DNA of 63,717 nt, filler included, from Trypethelium eluteriae (lineage: Eukaryota): NCBI GenBank assembly GCA_051942245.1. It is 3 parts of 3 records of this genome, joined end to end, with 100 filler letters (N's around TTAATTAATTAA, not from the genome) between each part and the next. Parts side by side here need not be neighbours in the genome. Positions count along the whole stretch, not along the records: positions 1 to 21,244 come from JAVECL010000476.1; 2 more parts are not named here. The stretch is one strand, 5' to 3'. How positions within the stretch are numbered: the stretch's first letter is position 1; each line of letters begins with the position of its first letter. A program made the position numbers and the translations under genes. Below the pieces are notes generated by a model. That model searched no databases. It was not told the origin of the DNA and saw only the letters and a program-made list of their open reading frames with translations. This document shows positions 1 through 13,012 of the stretch, piece after piece.

Positions 1-511
1 GGGGGACTGGGGGCACGGGGTAATATATCTTAGCACCTTAGGGTCCGCCCCTAGATCCTGATCCTTCCAGATCAAAGGAGCTGCTGGCCGAGATGAGATT
101 GGGTTGCTTGCTAGACAGATTAGTAGATCAGATCACAACAGATCAGATCTTATCACCACTCGTCACTGATCCTGTTCATGAGTACGGACGTGTTTGTCTT
201 CGCTGAGGCTAGGCCTGGGAGCGAGTGTGATGAGACGGACAGGTGCTGCATGCAGGGCTTCAGCTTAGGCTTGGCGCGGCGTGTGTTTCGCTGCACGTCA
301 ACGTCAAAAAAACATCAAACGGCCAAGGATACTAATTCGTGACTTGTCCGTGGTTTGAGCCCCACCACACTGCACTCCTAGATTTTTGCCTTGCTAGCTC
401 TAGTCTTTTCCACTGGTACGATGGACATGATGTGACTAAGCCCCCATCTTCTGCTTGTGGTACTCGCCCATACGAACCATTGAACGCTTTCTACGGAGTA
501 CGACTTCCTCC

Positions 512-2103
512 ATGGCATCAGAGCAAAATCCAGAAGTGCGTGACTGACCTGCAGATTCTTGCATTCATCTCCTTACCGAGCATCATCTGCAAGCCACTAC
601 ACACAACTAATCCACACGACAGGCGGCCGAAATACCCAATCCAGGTGATTGGCCCGTCGATCCTCAAGAGGATGCACCTCTCTCCGATGACAGAATCTGG
701 GTCGATGGCTGCTTCGACTTTCAGCATCATGGTCACGCAGGGGCAATGCTCCAGGCCCGTCAGCTCGGCAGTGAGCTTTGGGTTGGAATTCATTCAGACG
801 AGGACATCCTCGAACACAAAGGTCCAACGGTAATGACGCTTGACGAACGGTGAGTGTGTCATCAGCGCCACTGGCTATCTGACCAGTGGTACAAAGCTGA
901 TGGCGCCCGTACAGCGTCTTTGCAACTGAAGCCTGCCGATGGGTGACCAAAGCTGTCCCCTACGCTCCTTATGTCACCACTCTACCATGGATCACACATT
1001 ATGGCTGCAAATACGTTGTCCATGGAGACGACATTACCTCTGACAGTAGCGGCGAAGACTGCTACCGATTTGTCAAAGCCGCCGGCCGCTTCAAAGTCGT
1101 CAAACGAACTCCCGGAATATCGACCACCGAGCTCGTCGGCCGTATGCTCCTTTGCACCAAAACCCACTTCATCAAGAACCTCGAGGCCGTCTTGAACGGC
1201 GAAGAAGGCAGCGGCAATGAGCAGGAACGCAAGACCACCGGTGCCGAAATGCGCTCTCGAATCCAGTCCTATGCCACGGACGAAAGCGGCCACGCCCCGG
1301 GTCCCGAAGTCTATCTCTGGACACCTCCATACGAGCGAAACCCCAGCCATCTCCTCCCCGTCTCCACCCTCGATCCCCCCTCGCCAGACCACAAACCCGG
1401 CTCCTTCTTCCGCCTGATCGAAGGCCGGTCCGCGCAGCCCGACCAACGCATCATCTACGTCGACGGCGGCTGGGATCTGTTCTCCTGCGGCCACATCGAA
1501 TTCCTGCACCTGATCACCGAGCACGAGACGTACCTCGGCCACCAACACGGCTGGGACGAGGCGCACCGGGCGGAGGAGCGGGTCGCGAAGGCGGGCTGGG
1601 ACTATCCGCCGTGCTTTGTGATCGTAGGGGTCCACGACGATGAGGTCATCAACTACTGGAAGGGCGTCAACTACCCGATCATGAACGTCTACGAGCGCCT
1701 GCTGTGTCTGCTGCCGTGCCGCTATGTTCATGCGGTTGCGGTGTCGGCGCCCTTCATGCCCAACCATGTGTACCTCTCGTCGCTGCCGTATTGTAAGGGG
1801 AGGGGCCCGCCGGATATGGTGTACCATGGACCGACGGGGTTTACGCCGTTGCCGCAGGATCCGTATACGGATGCGAAGAAGTTGGGCATCTTTCGGCAGA
1901 TTGATAGTCATGAGTTTGCGGATGTGAATGCGGCGAGCATTGTGGAGAGGATACTGAAGAGCCGAGCGATGTATGAGGAGAGGCAGCGGGTGAAGGGGGT
2001 GAAGGGGTTGGGCGAGGAGGCAGTGAGAAGGAGGGAGGAAGAAGAAAGGATGGCGGAAGAGTTGAGGGAGAAGAGGTTGCAGGAGGCGAAAGAACAGAGT
2101 TGA
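512..2103 (+). CDS. ECT1: Ethanolamine-phosphate cytidylyltransferase (two CTP_transf_like domains)
   Basis: Spliced reading gives RIWVDGCFDFQHHGHAGAMLQARQLG..VGIHSDEDI..HKGPTVMTLDER, then HGDDITSD, KRTPGISTT and a second domain IYVDGGWDLFSCGHIEFL. Inferred introns 536-622 and 850-914; the start at 512 is inferred. Confidence 0.93.
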
Positions 2104-2651
2104 GAGAGGCATGGCGCAGTTCACGGCGAGGTACGCAATGAGGCCTATGAGAAGTTCTGCTGATCCAATGATGGAGATCTTGGGATACCGTCGCATGTTT
2201 TTTCGAATTCCAACCAATATCGGATCCCACGCAATCTGACCCATTGTCCACATTTGCGTGGCGAGTGTCATACGCGTCTCCGAATATTGGCAAAGATTGG
2301 GGATGCATGTGACGCATGATTATATGTGTATTGCTTGCTTTTATTGATAGATGGTTACGAGATGGCTGGCACAGAACCGGACTCTCGAAAAGTTTCTGCG
2401 ACACTCTAGATTACTCTGAACCTGATCTTTACTCCATTCGCTGCTGCATCCTATCTCCTAGGGCTTTACAAGTGCATGGATCGATATAAGGCTTGACGGT
2501 GATATAGATCCGGGTCATATACCAAAGCTGAGTACTTCATGCAAAGTTTAATTCCTTGGATAGTAAGTAGATCCTATTGATTAGCTTCAGGCTGTTCGTT
2601 ACAAAGGGTACTTTACATAGCAAGGGTATCAATGTTCGGTCCAGACTCTAC

Positions 2652-5600
2652 CTAGGACCCTTCTTTGGCATCCGCTGGCATGGGAAAGGGCATCCTGAGA
2701 CGTCCTACTCCAAACCCGGCAAGTGGCGCAGTTTCAGTGCGGTCTTGCCTGCCCACGAAACGTACCTTCCGAAGACGTTCCGCAGTGTCCTGGATAGCAT
2801 CATCTACCGTCTCTTCCACACGGCTGCTGGCAATCTCAGATATGTCTTGAGCGAGCACTACGCCTTCTTGAACATTGGCATGTTCCATCGTTCCTCGGCG
2901 TTCGGGTGCGGTGAAAAAGTAGCTTCGACTTGTCGACAGTAGCTTTTGTAAATCTGCGTTGTCGCTCCTCTTCGCAATCTCTCGCGCAGTCCGTCCGGCA
3001 TCGTTGACGGCTAGGATATCGGCACCAGCCTCCAAGAGTCGTTGAGTGGTAATGATTGACCCGGAGTCGACGGCTGCGAAGAAGAGCCGCTGTATGGATG
3101 CCTGCTGCGAGCTTACAGTGTTGAAGGGCTGGTCATTCGCAATCGCAGGAGGGTTGACGCATGCTCCTGCCTCGATAAGTCTGACGCAGACTTCGAAATG
3201 TCTGTTCTTCAGGGCGATGGTTAGAGATGTCTGACCCCACTGATCTATGGCGTCGAGTTTTGGCCCTTTGGCCAAAAGAAGGTCCATCGCTTCGACATTC
3301 CCAAACATGGCTGCGAGATGCAGCGGTGTCATCCCGCGGCAGTTACCTGAGGAATAGGAGATCGCTTTGTCGGACAAAAGTACCCGAAGAACGGCAATTT
3401 GGTTTGCTTCAATGGCACAGTGAACTGCGCTATTCTCGGTGATAGGCTCAGTGGCGGAAAGATCGACTTTGCCGGACGATATCGAAGTTTTGAGGCGATC
3501 TTCCAAACCCTGCATTGCAAGCGACCAGATGGGTAGCTCTTCCTCTGGAGGCATGTCTAACTTCCCATTGCTTTCTTTGGCTCTAGCTTCGAAGACATGA
3601 ATGACACTCTCCCGTCCGTATTGCCAGGCAATCATGGCAGGAGTTCTGCGGAAATTATCTTCCAACGTCATGTCTGCTCCAAGTCGGGCCAAAGTTTCAA
3701 CCACATCAACATTGCCGTGTTGGCATGCATTGTGAAGTGCTGTCATCCCAAACTTGTCTCTCTGATCGAGGCTAAGGCCCTTGGATTGCAAGGTGTGTAT
3801 GATCTCGGATTCACCGTTATTCGCAGCGGCATGCATGAGCCCACGATTGTCCTCGTCTTTGCAAGAGATATCTACGTTACGTTCTAGCAAGGCATCCACG
3901 ACGTCAGTAGCGCCTGCTGAAATAGCGCGCATGACTGCGGTGGCTCCTTGTAAGTCTTTCAATTCCGTTTCGGCTCCACGATCCAGTAGTGCTAGCACAA
4001 TGGACAAATAGTCTCTCTCTGCAGCGAGGATCAAGGAAGAGCGCCCGCCGAGTTCTGCAAGGTTTACATCTATGTCGGTCTTTCCTAGCAGGACCGCAAC
4101 TCCATCCTCCCATTCGACGAGCACTGCTCGTGAAAGGGGAGTGACACCACCAGGATCTTGCATGTTGAGACTGATATCGGGATGCTCTAATAGGGACCGG
4201 ACGGATTGTAGGTGCTGCAGTTCAGTTGCATGCATCAGAGCAGTTAGCCCAAAGTTATCCCGCAGATTAACATGAACTTTCTGCTCGCGTAGTAGGTGAT
4301 CGACGAGGATGTCTGTTTTGACATCATCGTGCTCATCATCGATGTATGGACGAGGACGACGGACTGCTTCGAATAGTGCTGTCCTTCCCTTGGAACTTCG
4401 CAGCTCAGGAAGGGCTCCTAGCTGTAGAAGCCTATCCACAGTATCAACATGACCTTTCCTACAGGCATACATCAAGGCTGTCTGCCCATAAGTCATTTCT
4501 TGGACGTCAAAGTCAATTTTTTCGAGCTTGTTCCATTCGTCGATGAGGGAGGTTAGTCCGAACCAAGCACAGACATGGACTCCGTCTACGGGTTTTCGAA
4601 CGTCCCACCCGGCAAAACCGTGTGGTTTTGTGTACCATGCTGCTTGCGACCAGGCCGCTATTTGATCTCGATTACGGATATAGCCCAAGGCAGTTGCTTG
4701 TAAGTCCAGGTCATGACCAGCCTGGCGTACGTGGTTACCCCATTCCTGAGATGCGTAGGCGATGAAAGGATACTCTTGAGCCCGCTGCTCGTAACTAACC
4801 ACCAGAGTACGCGATGACAGATCCTCGAGATTAAGATAACCCAAACACGCATTTGCCATGTCGAGGTCAGCGCTTGGGAACCAGTCATCACGATTGATGT
4901 CAAACCATTCTTGGAATGTAAGGTGGAATGGCCGTACGACGGCGCCGCCTTCTTCATATTCAATCGCGATGAGGCCTTTGGTAAGATCTAATATATCATC
5001 TCTTGTCAAGACTCGCCTCTTGTTGAGTTTTCTCTCCCCAGGTCTAATGGCCAGAGCATGTTGAAGCTCTGTTAGATTCAGATTCCGCCCAATGCCTGCA
5101 CAGCACACAAGGGAAATAATCTTCATCGAATTTTCTCGATCAGACCTGCTTTCTTGGGTCTTGATGCGCTCGTTGATGATTTTCTCGTATTGTTCATTGA
5201 GTGAGTCTGGAAGGTCTTCCAAAGCATCCTCAATGTCAGCGAGTGTGCGCTGTAGCTTTAAAGAATCCATATATAGCTTCGCAAATATGAACTTTCTGCC
5301 TGCTCGCTCTGATATGGTTTTGGGTATCCTCTCCAGCAGTTCCTTATCGTGCACAAGTTGGCCCCCAAACCCCTTGCGGCGAGTTTTGGAGTACAAGGCC
5401 GGATCCCAGTCGCTAGTATTAGCTTTCCTAATTTCTTTATCAATCTCCTCCTTGACGTATCTCTGAATCTCCTCAGAAGGAGTCTCAACGGTGATCTCGA
5501 CTGGCATCATCTCTTCAAGCTGATGCGATCTGTCCTTGCAGTAACGACCCGCATCCATGCATCTTTGGCAGACATCATAGTATCCTTTGCCAGCATCACA

Positions 5601-6946
5601 TGTGTCACAACGCCAGTAGAGCCGGACATCTTCTTCTTGACCTGCATCACAGGAGACGATGTCATCGCTACTTCTAACAGAATCTCTGGACGTGAACATG
5701 ATGCTCAACTTTTCAGACTGGATCCTCGGCAGCTCAAACTGCAGCCAATCGCTCGCTTTAGTCGAAGCTTCGTCAAGTCCATCAACTAGAAGGTAAACTC
5801 TCGCATAAGATTTCAAGAGATCAATAAAGATCTTCCGAAACTCTTGCGCGGAGGGTCTTGTTTCTCTAACTATTGCTTCACGATACAATCTCTTTAAGTC
5901 TTCCGATATGGTAGTAAATTCGTTTTGTTGGATCATTTGCTTAATGAGGTCGCTGAGCAGATTGTCTGGGGTTTGGTTATTACGATTTTGCTGCTCAAGA
6001 TAAATGCAGAGTACTGCAAACTTTTCGGACGGGAAGTGTGTCTTCAAGTGATCCGCAACGAATGCGGAAAGAACAGTCTGGTCTAATGTTATTTCTGCGT
6101 TGAAAGATCGTCTGCTCACCTTACCTTGCCTGATCCTGGCTCTCCGTGAGCACGTAACTCCCAATGGCGGCCTTCTTGCCATTTCTTGAATTCAATACTT
6201 TCGTCCAGAAACCACTTGCCACTTCGAAAACTTCCTTCAAGTAACTGCTGTTGTTTCTCCAAGGTTTTGAGTGGTGAGAGCCAGCGGATAATCTCATTCC
6301 TTTCCTGCTCACTCTCTTTTTCTCTGAGTCTGTCCTGTTCGGTTTGTTGACTCAGCTCGAGCCTCTCCATACGAGCGGCAACGCCTTTAAGTAGACCAGA
6401 CTGGTCCGAGGCTTCATGTTGCAACTGCTTAATCCGAGCATTGCTATCTTCCCCGGTCTTGTGCACTATCTCGAATTTGCCTTGGATCTCTTCGATACGG
6501 GCTTCAGAATACAGAGATAAGGCAAATTGATCCCCATCTAATATCTGGGAGATTTGGTTGCTGTATCTATCAAGTTGATTCAAATATTCCTCGAACTTCT
6601 TCTTGTCCCAATGGTATCGGAGTCTTCGTACGGTTTCGAACTTCCTCAATCCTTCTGTGGGATTTAGTTCATCTTTCAAAGCTTCTGAGGTTGCTCTGAG
6701 CCGTGCGAGAGGCCCATCTCTATGGCGCAATTGGAGAATGCCCTCATAGTATGTCAAGCCCGGCTGCCGTTGCGCGTCCTCTTCACGTTTCTGGAGCCTC
6801 TCCAACACAAACCTGATGTTCTCGAGCCCTGATCTGAGCTTTTTGTACTCTTCTGGAGCTTTGATAGCGTCTTGAGCAATTTTTGCGATCTCTTCGGTAA
6901 TTTGCCAGAGGGCGATGATGGATGCCGCAGCACTGACACCGTCCAT
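2652..6946 (-). CDS. Fungal NLR-like STAND protein: N-terminal helical (SesA/HeLo-like) domain, NACHT NTPase, ankyrin repeats
   Basis: N-terminus MDGVSAAASIIALWQI. Walker A HGEPGSGK|TVLS is split by intron 6078-6124 (GTAAGG..CAG). Walker B VYLLVDGLDEA, FIFAKLYMDSL, YPFIAYASQEWGNH, and many ankyrin repeats (GQTALMYAC, GMTALHNAC, GMTPLHLAA). Confidence 0.92.
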
Positions 6947-8359
6947 AGCGCCGATCACGATATTACCACATTGAGTTTCTCCGATAATTCTTTATAGCGG
7001 ACCTTTCTTCCTCAATGATGGCGGAAGTATCCTGGTATAAGGGAAGGGGTCCCACACAAACTTGATCACTTGCTACGGAGACGCAGAACATTTAGGCCAA
7101 TACCGTTCCGTGTCAGAAGGATCAAGCTTGCTTTATCCACTAGAGTCTAATAGAGAAGACGATAATAGCAATCAGCTCGTTCGGGGAATGCTCGTTGCGG
7201 AAGCTCAAAGCCGCTACTCCGCTAGTGCGGTGGAAGTGGACCATTCCGATGAGCTAAATCTGCGAAGAGCAGCTGAGTTTGATTGTAAAGCATCCTCTCG
7301 CATTACAATGTTTGCGACATCATCCAGCGGGAAGGACTAAGCCTAATGAAGGCATTCGCTCAAGGACATGGCGAATCATAGCTCAACGGAGCATGCTCTT
7401 GGATGCTAGCACGCTAATGCACGTTGTGGACATCGGGTGCAGCTGTGAGTTGGTGTAGAGATGAAGAAGCTGGCACGGCTGGTGCGGTCGGAAATCAGTC
7501 GAGTCCGAGTTTGCGATAGGCTGAGGCCAAATTCGGGCCGGAATCGGGGGGCGGTTTTCTGTGCCTCAACGCCTCTCGTAGGAAATATACCACCATACCG
7601 TCACTAATACGTCCGTAGCAATGACTAATTATGGACTCCACGTCATGGAGGAAGCAATCTGAAACTTCATCGGATGAAGGGCTAAGCCTTATGGACAGGG
7701 AGGTCAAGCGACACCCTAAATCTCGTATTTCGGTAACTGTGCGCGTTCGTACGAGTAAATTGTCTGTTTGGTCTCCGTCGGCTCTAGTTCAAGATAGAGG
7801 GTGCGTACAAGGACTCATGTCAAGTTTAGGATGGCAAGACTTCACGTTGCTGGACCTTTGCGTTACACTTCACCCTCTCCTCAAGCGAGGCAACTACATG
7901 GCTCGGGCTGGTTCCTGTGACATAATCTCCTAAAGACCCTGGACTCAGCTCTCTGATTAGGTTTAACGTTGATGGCCATGCAGGTTGTAGCCATCGGGGC
8001 GTGCGAAGCTGGTCACCCTGGTGTTATCACACAGAGCCCCCTTGACTGTGCCGCAGAGGGAGTGCCACTGTATTCCGTAGGTGTGAGGAAATCGATGAAG
8101 CACGTCCTCATCTCATCCCAGAAGCATCCCTCGTGCTCGTGGTTCTCTACTAATCTTGTTTAATGCCATCCGCAATTAGCACCCATCATTCCCAGTGGCG
8201 TTTCAGCCCTCTCATTAAGCAGTATGCTATTAATCATGGAGATAACACCACTACTACCTTCTGTCCACTCTTTGATATACCTTAACCATCCTGTTGAGAA
8301 GGTATCAGGAAAACTTCGTCTCGTACGTTCGTTGCTTCGTAGGGTTTCGCAGCTTCGCG

Positions 8360-11179
8360 ATGTATTTCACGGCATTAAAAGTCTTTCTGCTTTTCCTTTT
8401 TTCCGCCAGCAGTCTTGCTGCACCAGCTTCACAGAATACAGATGCCACTGCAAGTGCGACGGACAACGCTCCTGCACAGCCAGCATCAACGGTCTGTGGC
8501 GATATAGTGAACTCATCTGGTACGTGTCTCGTTACCACGGCAATATCAAGCTGATAGCCAGATTCAGATACGCCAGTCTTCAATGCTTCGGTAATTCATG
8601 AGTGTCTGATAAGCGTACCGTTCAATGCTGCTGTCGCCTCTCGTCTCATAAATTATCTGAATTATACTCTCCATTTCCAAAGCACGTTAGCATATTTGAG
8701 GACTCCTCCACCAAGCTATCAGCAGCCTCCTGTTGACTTGATTGGGGGTCTTGCGCAAATCCAGCAACAGATCAATAGTGGTGCATATCACAATCAATAC
8801 GCGTTCGAAAAAGACCTGCAGCAGCTTCTTTATGCCGCTCACGATGGGCACCTAAACCTCGTTCTCGGCGTAACTGCCGCTTTTACGTTCGGAAGTTTCT
8901 ATGATTTGGTATCTGCTTCAGAGGATGGCATTCAGCCCCCCAAAGTTTACGTACAAAGTAAGTTGTTGATGCTACAACGCACAAAAGCAAATGCTAATAC
9001 ACTCTCAGCGGATCTCATGGACACGGGCTTCACTCCTTCGCCGCTGAAGACCATCAATGGTCAAGATGTGGTAGAGTTCCTCACACAATTTGCTGCGGCA
9101 CAATCTGCCGGAACTCTTGAGCCTAATGCCGACTGGAACCAGCTTTTCGCCAGCCCTGCTGCAGACATTCAAAGCTACATCGCAATCTGGACTGGAGGTG
9201 CCACACTCTACCCTGGAGACACATTGACAATCACGTTTGAGAATGGCACCCAGTCCTCATCCCAGTGGCAAGGACTCTACAATACTCCAGGACCTACTGG
9301 TCCTCTTGAGACCGGAGGCGACTTCTATAATTTTTTCGTCCTCAACTTCTATCCAGCGTCATTTCAATTAAATAATGGCGATGGCAACTTCACCAGCCCA
9401 ACAAACGACACCTCAGATTCAAGCTCAACGACGAGTTCAAATTCGACTTCGACGATACCATCTGCATCTCCGTCAGTTGTGTCATGGGGTGATTTCGGAT
9501 ACATCGGGTATCCAACAGCCCAAATGTCACAGACTGATCTCTCACCAACGGGTGGAGGCTTTCTTACAGGATATTTTCTTAAAGATACCTCTCTCGGAGT
9601 CATCAGCATACCCAGCTTCCAAGAAGTCGGTGATGCCATTGGCACTTTCTCAAGCTTCATCGGAGACTTTCTTGCAAAAGCCAAGAAAGCTGGAATGAAG
9701 AAGATTTTAATAGATGTGCAGCAGAATGGTGGTGGGGATACCTTCCTTGCCATTGATGCGTTCAGACAGGTGGAAGACACCTTCTCCTCTACCCTTCTCA
9801 ATACTTGACTAACCGGTCAATAGTTTTTTCCCGATAATTCGCCATTCGCAGGAAGTCGCATGCGCTCGCACCCTGAAGCAGATATTTTGGGAGACACAAT
9901 AACGCAATACTGGAACTCTATCAACAACGATGAGGACGACTATTTCGATCTATTACCGGATGAATTCTTGTCTTCACCACGGATCAACGCAAATACCGGG
10001 CAAAATTTCTCCTCGTGGAGGGAATTTTCTAACGGATACACCGCTAATAGCGACCATTTCTCGACAACGCAGCAATATAATCTCTCAAGTCGCGACTTCG
10101 ACATTGAAGCATCCGGAGGCTTGGTTCCGTACGGCTACGCGGACAATCCAGTGACAGCTCCGCAGCAATATGCTGCCAATGACATCATGATTTTGAGCGA
10201 CGGCATTTGCTCTTCTGCCTGTGCGCTCTTCATGGAGATGATGATTTCTAATGGCAATGATCAGTCGGGATCAGTTCGAACCGTTGCTGTAGGCGGCAGG
10301 CCAGGTCCAGGACCCATGCAGGCGCCGGCCGGTACCCGTGGTGCAGCAATGTACTCTACCGTTATATTAGACTCCCAGATCAGATATGTGAATGCGTCCA
10401 ACGCAACTGCTGGAGCGCTGCTGCCTAACAGAACCATCGATACTCACCTTACCCATGTCGGCCTCAACCTTCGAGACCAAATCCGGGAGAACGAGACTAC
10501 ACCTTTGCAATTCGTCTACGAGCCGGCAGACTGTCGTATCTACTTCACCTTGAAGAATGTCTATAATCTCGGACAGCTTTGGAGAGACGCTGCCAATGCC
10601 TTGTTCAACAATAATACCATGTGCGTACCAGGTTCAACAGGTCGGCCTGAAGCACCCGCTCCAGCTCAGGAACAAAATACGCACATATCGGGTTACATCA
10701 TGTCTGGACTAGAGCCAGATCAGAACGCGGATCCTGGAGATTTGTTTGAGCCCACTATCAGTGGCATACAAGACACGGTGAAACCTCCGACTACCCCATC
10801 CCTAAGGTCGTGTAGCAGCAAGCAAGAGTGCGATCCTACTCATATCTGTAGGGTCGTAAAGCAATGCATCAAGGGCAAGCCGGTAAACGAACACAAATGC
10901 TTGCCAAGATGCAAGATCATAAACTCTGCAAGGGATAGCTGCTATGGCGCTACCAACTGCTTCCCGCTGGGGAAGCCAGTGAAGGAGCATGGCTTTTGGC
11001 AAACTCAGGGTTATTGCCTGCCGTCAGACTCCAAGAGGCAGCAGAAATGTGAAACTCGTCACCGCCATAACCCGCTTGGAATACCCGATCCCTACAATGG
11101 TGGCGCTGTAGATAAGGCGAAGAGGTATAATGGGGTTGTCGGATCGTTACCGTTCAGCGTAGCAAATCCTTACGAGTGA
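8360..11179 (+). CDS. Secreted peptidase S41-family protein with Cys-rich C-terminal tail
   Basis: Signal peptide MYFTALKVFLLFLFSASSLA; motifs YAAHDGHL, ILIDVQQNGGG, ILSDGICSSACALF, VAVGGRP, PLQFVYEPADCRIYFT. Introns near 8520-8568, 8957-9008 and 9770-9823. Confidence 0.85.
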
Positions 11180-11623
11180 TGTGTCGGTCTCATTCTTAGA
11201 GATCATATCGTGGTCAAACCCTTTCTAATGAGCATTGAAAATATATATTTGGCAAGTCTGATACACTCTGTAGAATGAAGTGGCAGGAGAGTCGTAATTG
11301 GCGCACAAGGAGGCATGCGCTATCGCTATACCCCACCGCGTGTACTAAATATTTAATGCAATTCAGAAAATGAAGCTCTTTCAAAGATATGGAAATACTG
11401 ACGCTATCAGACATGGCCGGTTTATTTACTTCCACAGGCTTCAGGGGTCCCTCGGTGAAATCTATTCTAGGTCAGACCAAGTACATAGTACGAGGTCAAG
11501 TAAGAATTGACAGCAGCTCTCTCGCATATCCTATTTCAGCTATCTACGATTTGGGAGGCCCCCAGCAAAATATTGATTTTATGCGCCCTGCCGACATTTC
11601 TCATTGTATCCCCTGGTGCTCCG

Positions 11624-13012
11624 TTATGCTGGAAGGGAAGCTCGCCAATTGGCATCCAAAGCAGACCATCTTCTTTGAGGGGCTCCTGGAGCAGGGCTTC
11701 GCCAGTCGCACATGCCGCGAACGGTACAGCCTCGATCCTGGCTTATGTCGAAAGGCCGGGGAGGTGGGACCAAGTCTTGTTGAGGTAATATACGAGGCAG
11801 CGGCGTTTCACTTAGCTCTTCGTGATTTGGCTTGATAGACTTTTCCTTGAAGCGTTTGAACTTTTCTGCCAGCTCATTTCGCAAGTCTTCCGAACGATGA
11901 TGCTTGTAGCCCTCCATGGTTCTAAGCTGGTCCACGGAGTATTTCCAGCGTCTAGTTTGCCCACTCAGTCGTGCACATTCGCAGAATGTACATCCGCTAA
12001 GAGGGCAAACGCCTTCTTCCGGACGGGAAGTCTTACGACACTCCCTTACATGACTACGCATCGCTGCACAAGTCCTCGGAATTACGCTAGGTTCACGATA
12101 CTCTTTCCGTGTATACGGTTGATATACCGGTTTGAAGCGCCATTGATGATCCAGTGGGGGGTGATAAGGGAGTCCTAGACAAGGACCTTGCAAGCTCATC
12201 AAACATATCTTCTCTTCGGCGAGTCTCCGTGTCCGCTTATCGAGCTGGTCCATATCATGCGGATCGAATTGCACGAACGAAGCGAAGAACAAGCTTCGGT
12301 CGCCATCCTCCCAAATCTCCAAATCTCTCCAGTCCACTGTTATCGGCTCCCGCACCACAACGTGACCATTTGTCGAAACTGCGCGGAGGCCCCAACAAAA
12401 TTTCAATTTGGGTATCTTGGACCGTGGCGTTGAGTCTGGATGATCGGCTGACGGGGCGATTGGTACATATATCTTGCGGATAGATGCATTTCTGTGCTTT
12501 TCTCGAAGGGTTGTGCCCGCGAAACTAGTCATCAGATGGCACTGAACGTTATGCTCTCCACAGCGAGATAGAATTACCACGGGGTGATTGAAGCCGTCCT
12601 CGTTCTTCTTGCCATAGTGCATGTCATAGATATCTTTCGACGGGCTTTCATTTCTTTTCTTTGCCGACGCTTCTATCCTTTCGAATTTCGGTAGCCAGAG
12701 GACTCGGCCACGTACAGCATCGTAGTCCTCTGCTGCAACATACTTGGAAGTTTGAAGCGTGGGAATCACTCGATTCTCTTGCATATCTTTTCTCCACTCG
12801 AGCATGTGGACTGGGTTCGGAGCCTGCCCCTGACCTCGTTCACGGTTACTGTCATATTTGAAGCTGTCTGGACTCAAGCGGGATTTCTGCAAGTTCATGA
12901 AAAATCGTGTAGCTCTGGAAGTATAGGCCTGTACAAAGAGCACAATGTAATGAAAGATGAACGCGGATTGTGTGCAAGAATGTTCATGAAATGGAGCAAG
13001 ATAGAACTTCAA
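11624..13012 (-). CDS. Hypothetical protein with a fungal GRVLWLP..HPVVIL..TSF..PIAP..HPD domain (possibly PemK/MazF-like fold)
   Basis: Long ORF with a compact conserved-looking central motif set. The true start is uncertain (later Mets available). Confidence 0.55.
   Translation of the reverse strand: MKFYLAPFHEHSCTQSAFIFHYIVLFVQAYTSRATRFFMNLQKSRLSPDSFKYDSNRERGQGQAPNPVHMLEWRKDMQENRVIPTLQTSKYVAAEDYDAVRGRVLWLPKFERIEASAKKRNESPSKDIYDMHYGKKNEDGFNHPVVILSRCGEHNVQCHLMTSFAGTTLREKHRNASIRKIYVPIAPSADHPDSTPRSKIPKLKFCWGLRAVSTNGHVVVREPITVDWRDLEIWEDGDRSLFFASFVQFDPHDMDQLDKRTRRLAEEKICLMSLQGPCLGLPYHPPLDHQWRFKPVYQPYTRKEYREPSVIPRTCAAMRSHVRECRKTSRPEEGVCPLSGCTFCECARLSGQTRRWKYSVDQLRTMEGYKHHRSEDLRNELAEKFKRFKEKSIKPNHEELSETPLPRILPQQDLVPPPRPFDISQDRGCTVRGMCDWRSPAPGAPQRRWSALDANWRASLPA

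Noticed and set aside
50..170. Cluster of AGATC/GATC words near the window start
   Set aside because: Short, irregular and cut by the window edge; no interpretable structure.
982..2271. 429-aa antisense ORF over ECT1 (and similar shadows over BCAT and RNR1)
   Set aside because: Explained by GC-rich codon bias of the sense gene; no protein motifs.
7400..7710. Short ORF near the NLR as an amyloid-signalling partner gene
   Set aside because: No HET-s, sigma or PP-like repeat motif in it or at the NLR N-terminus.
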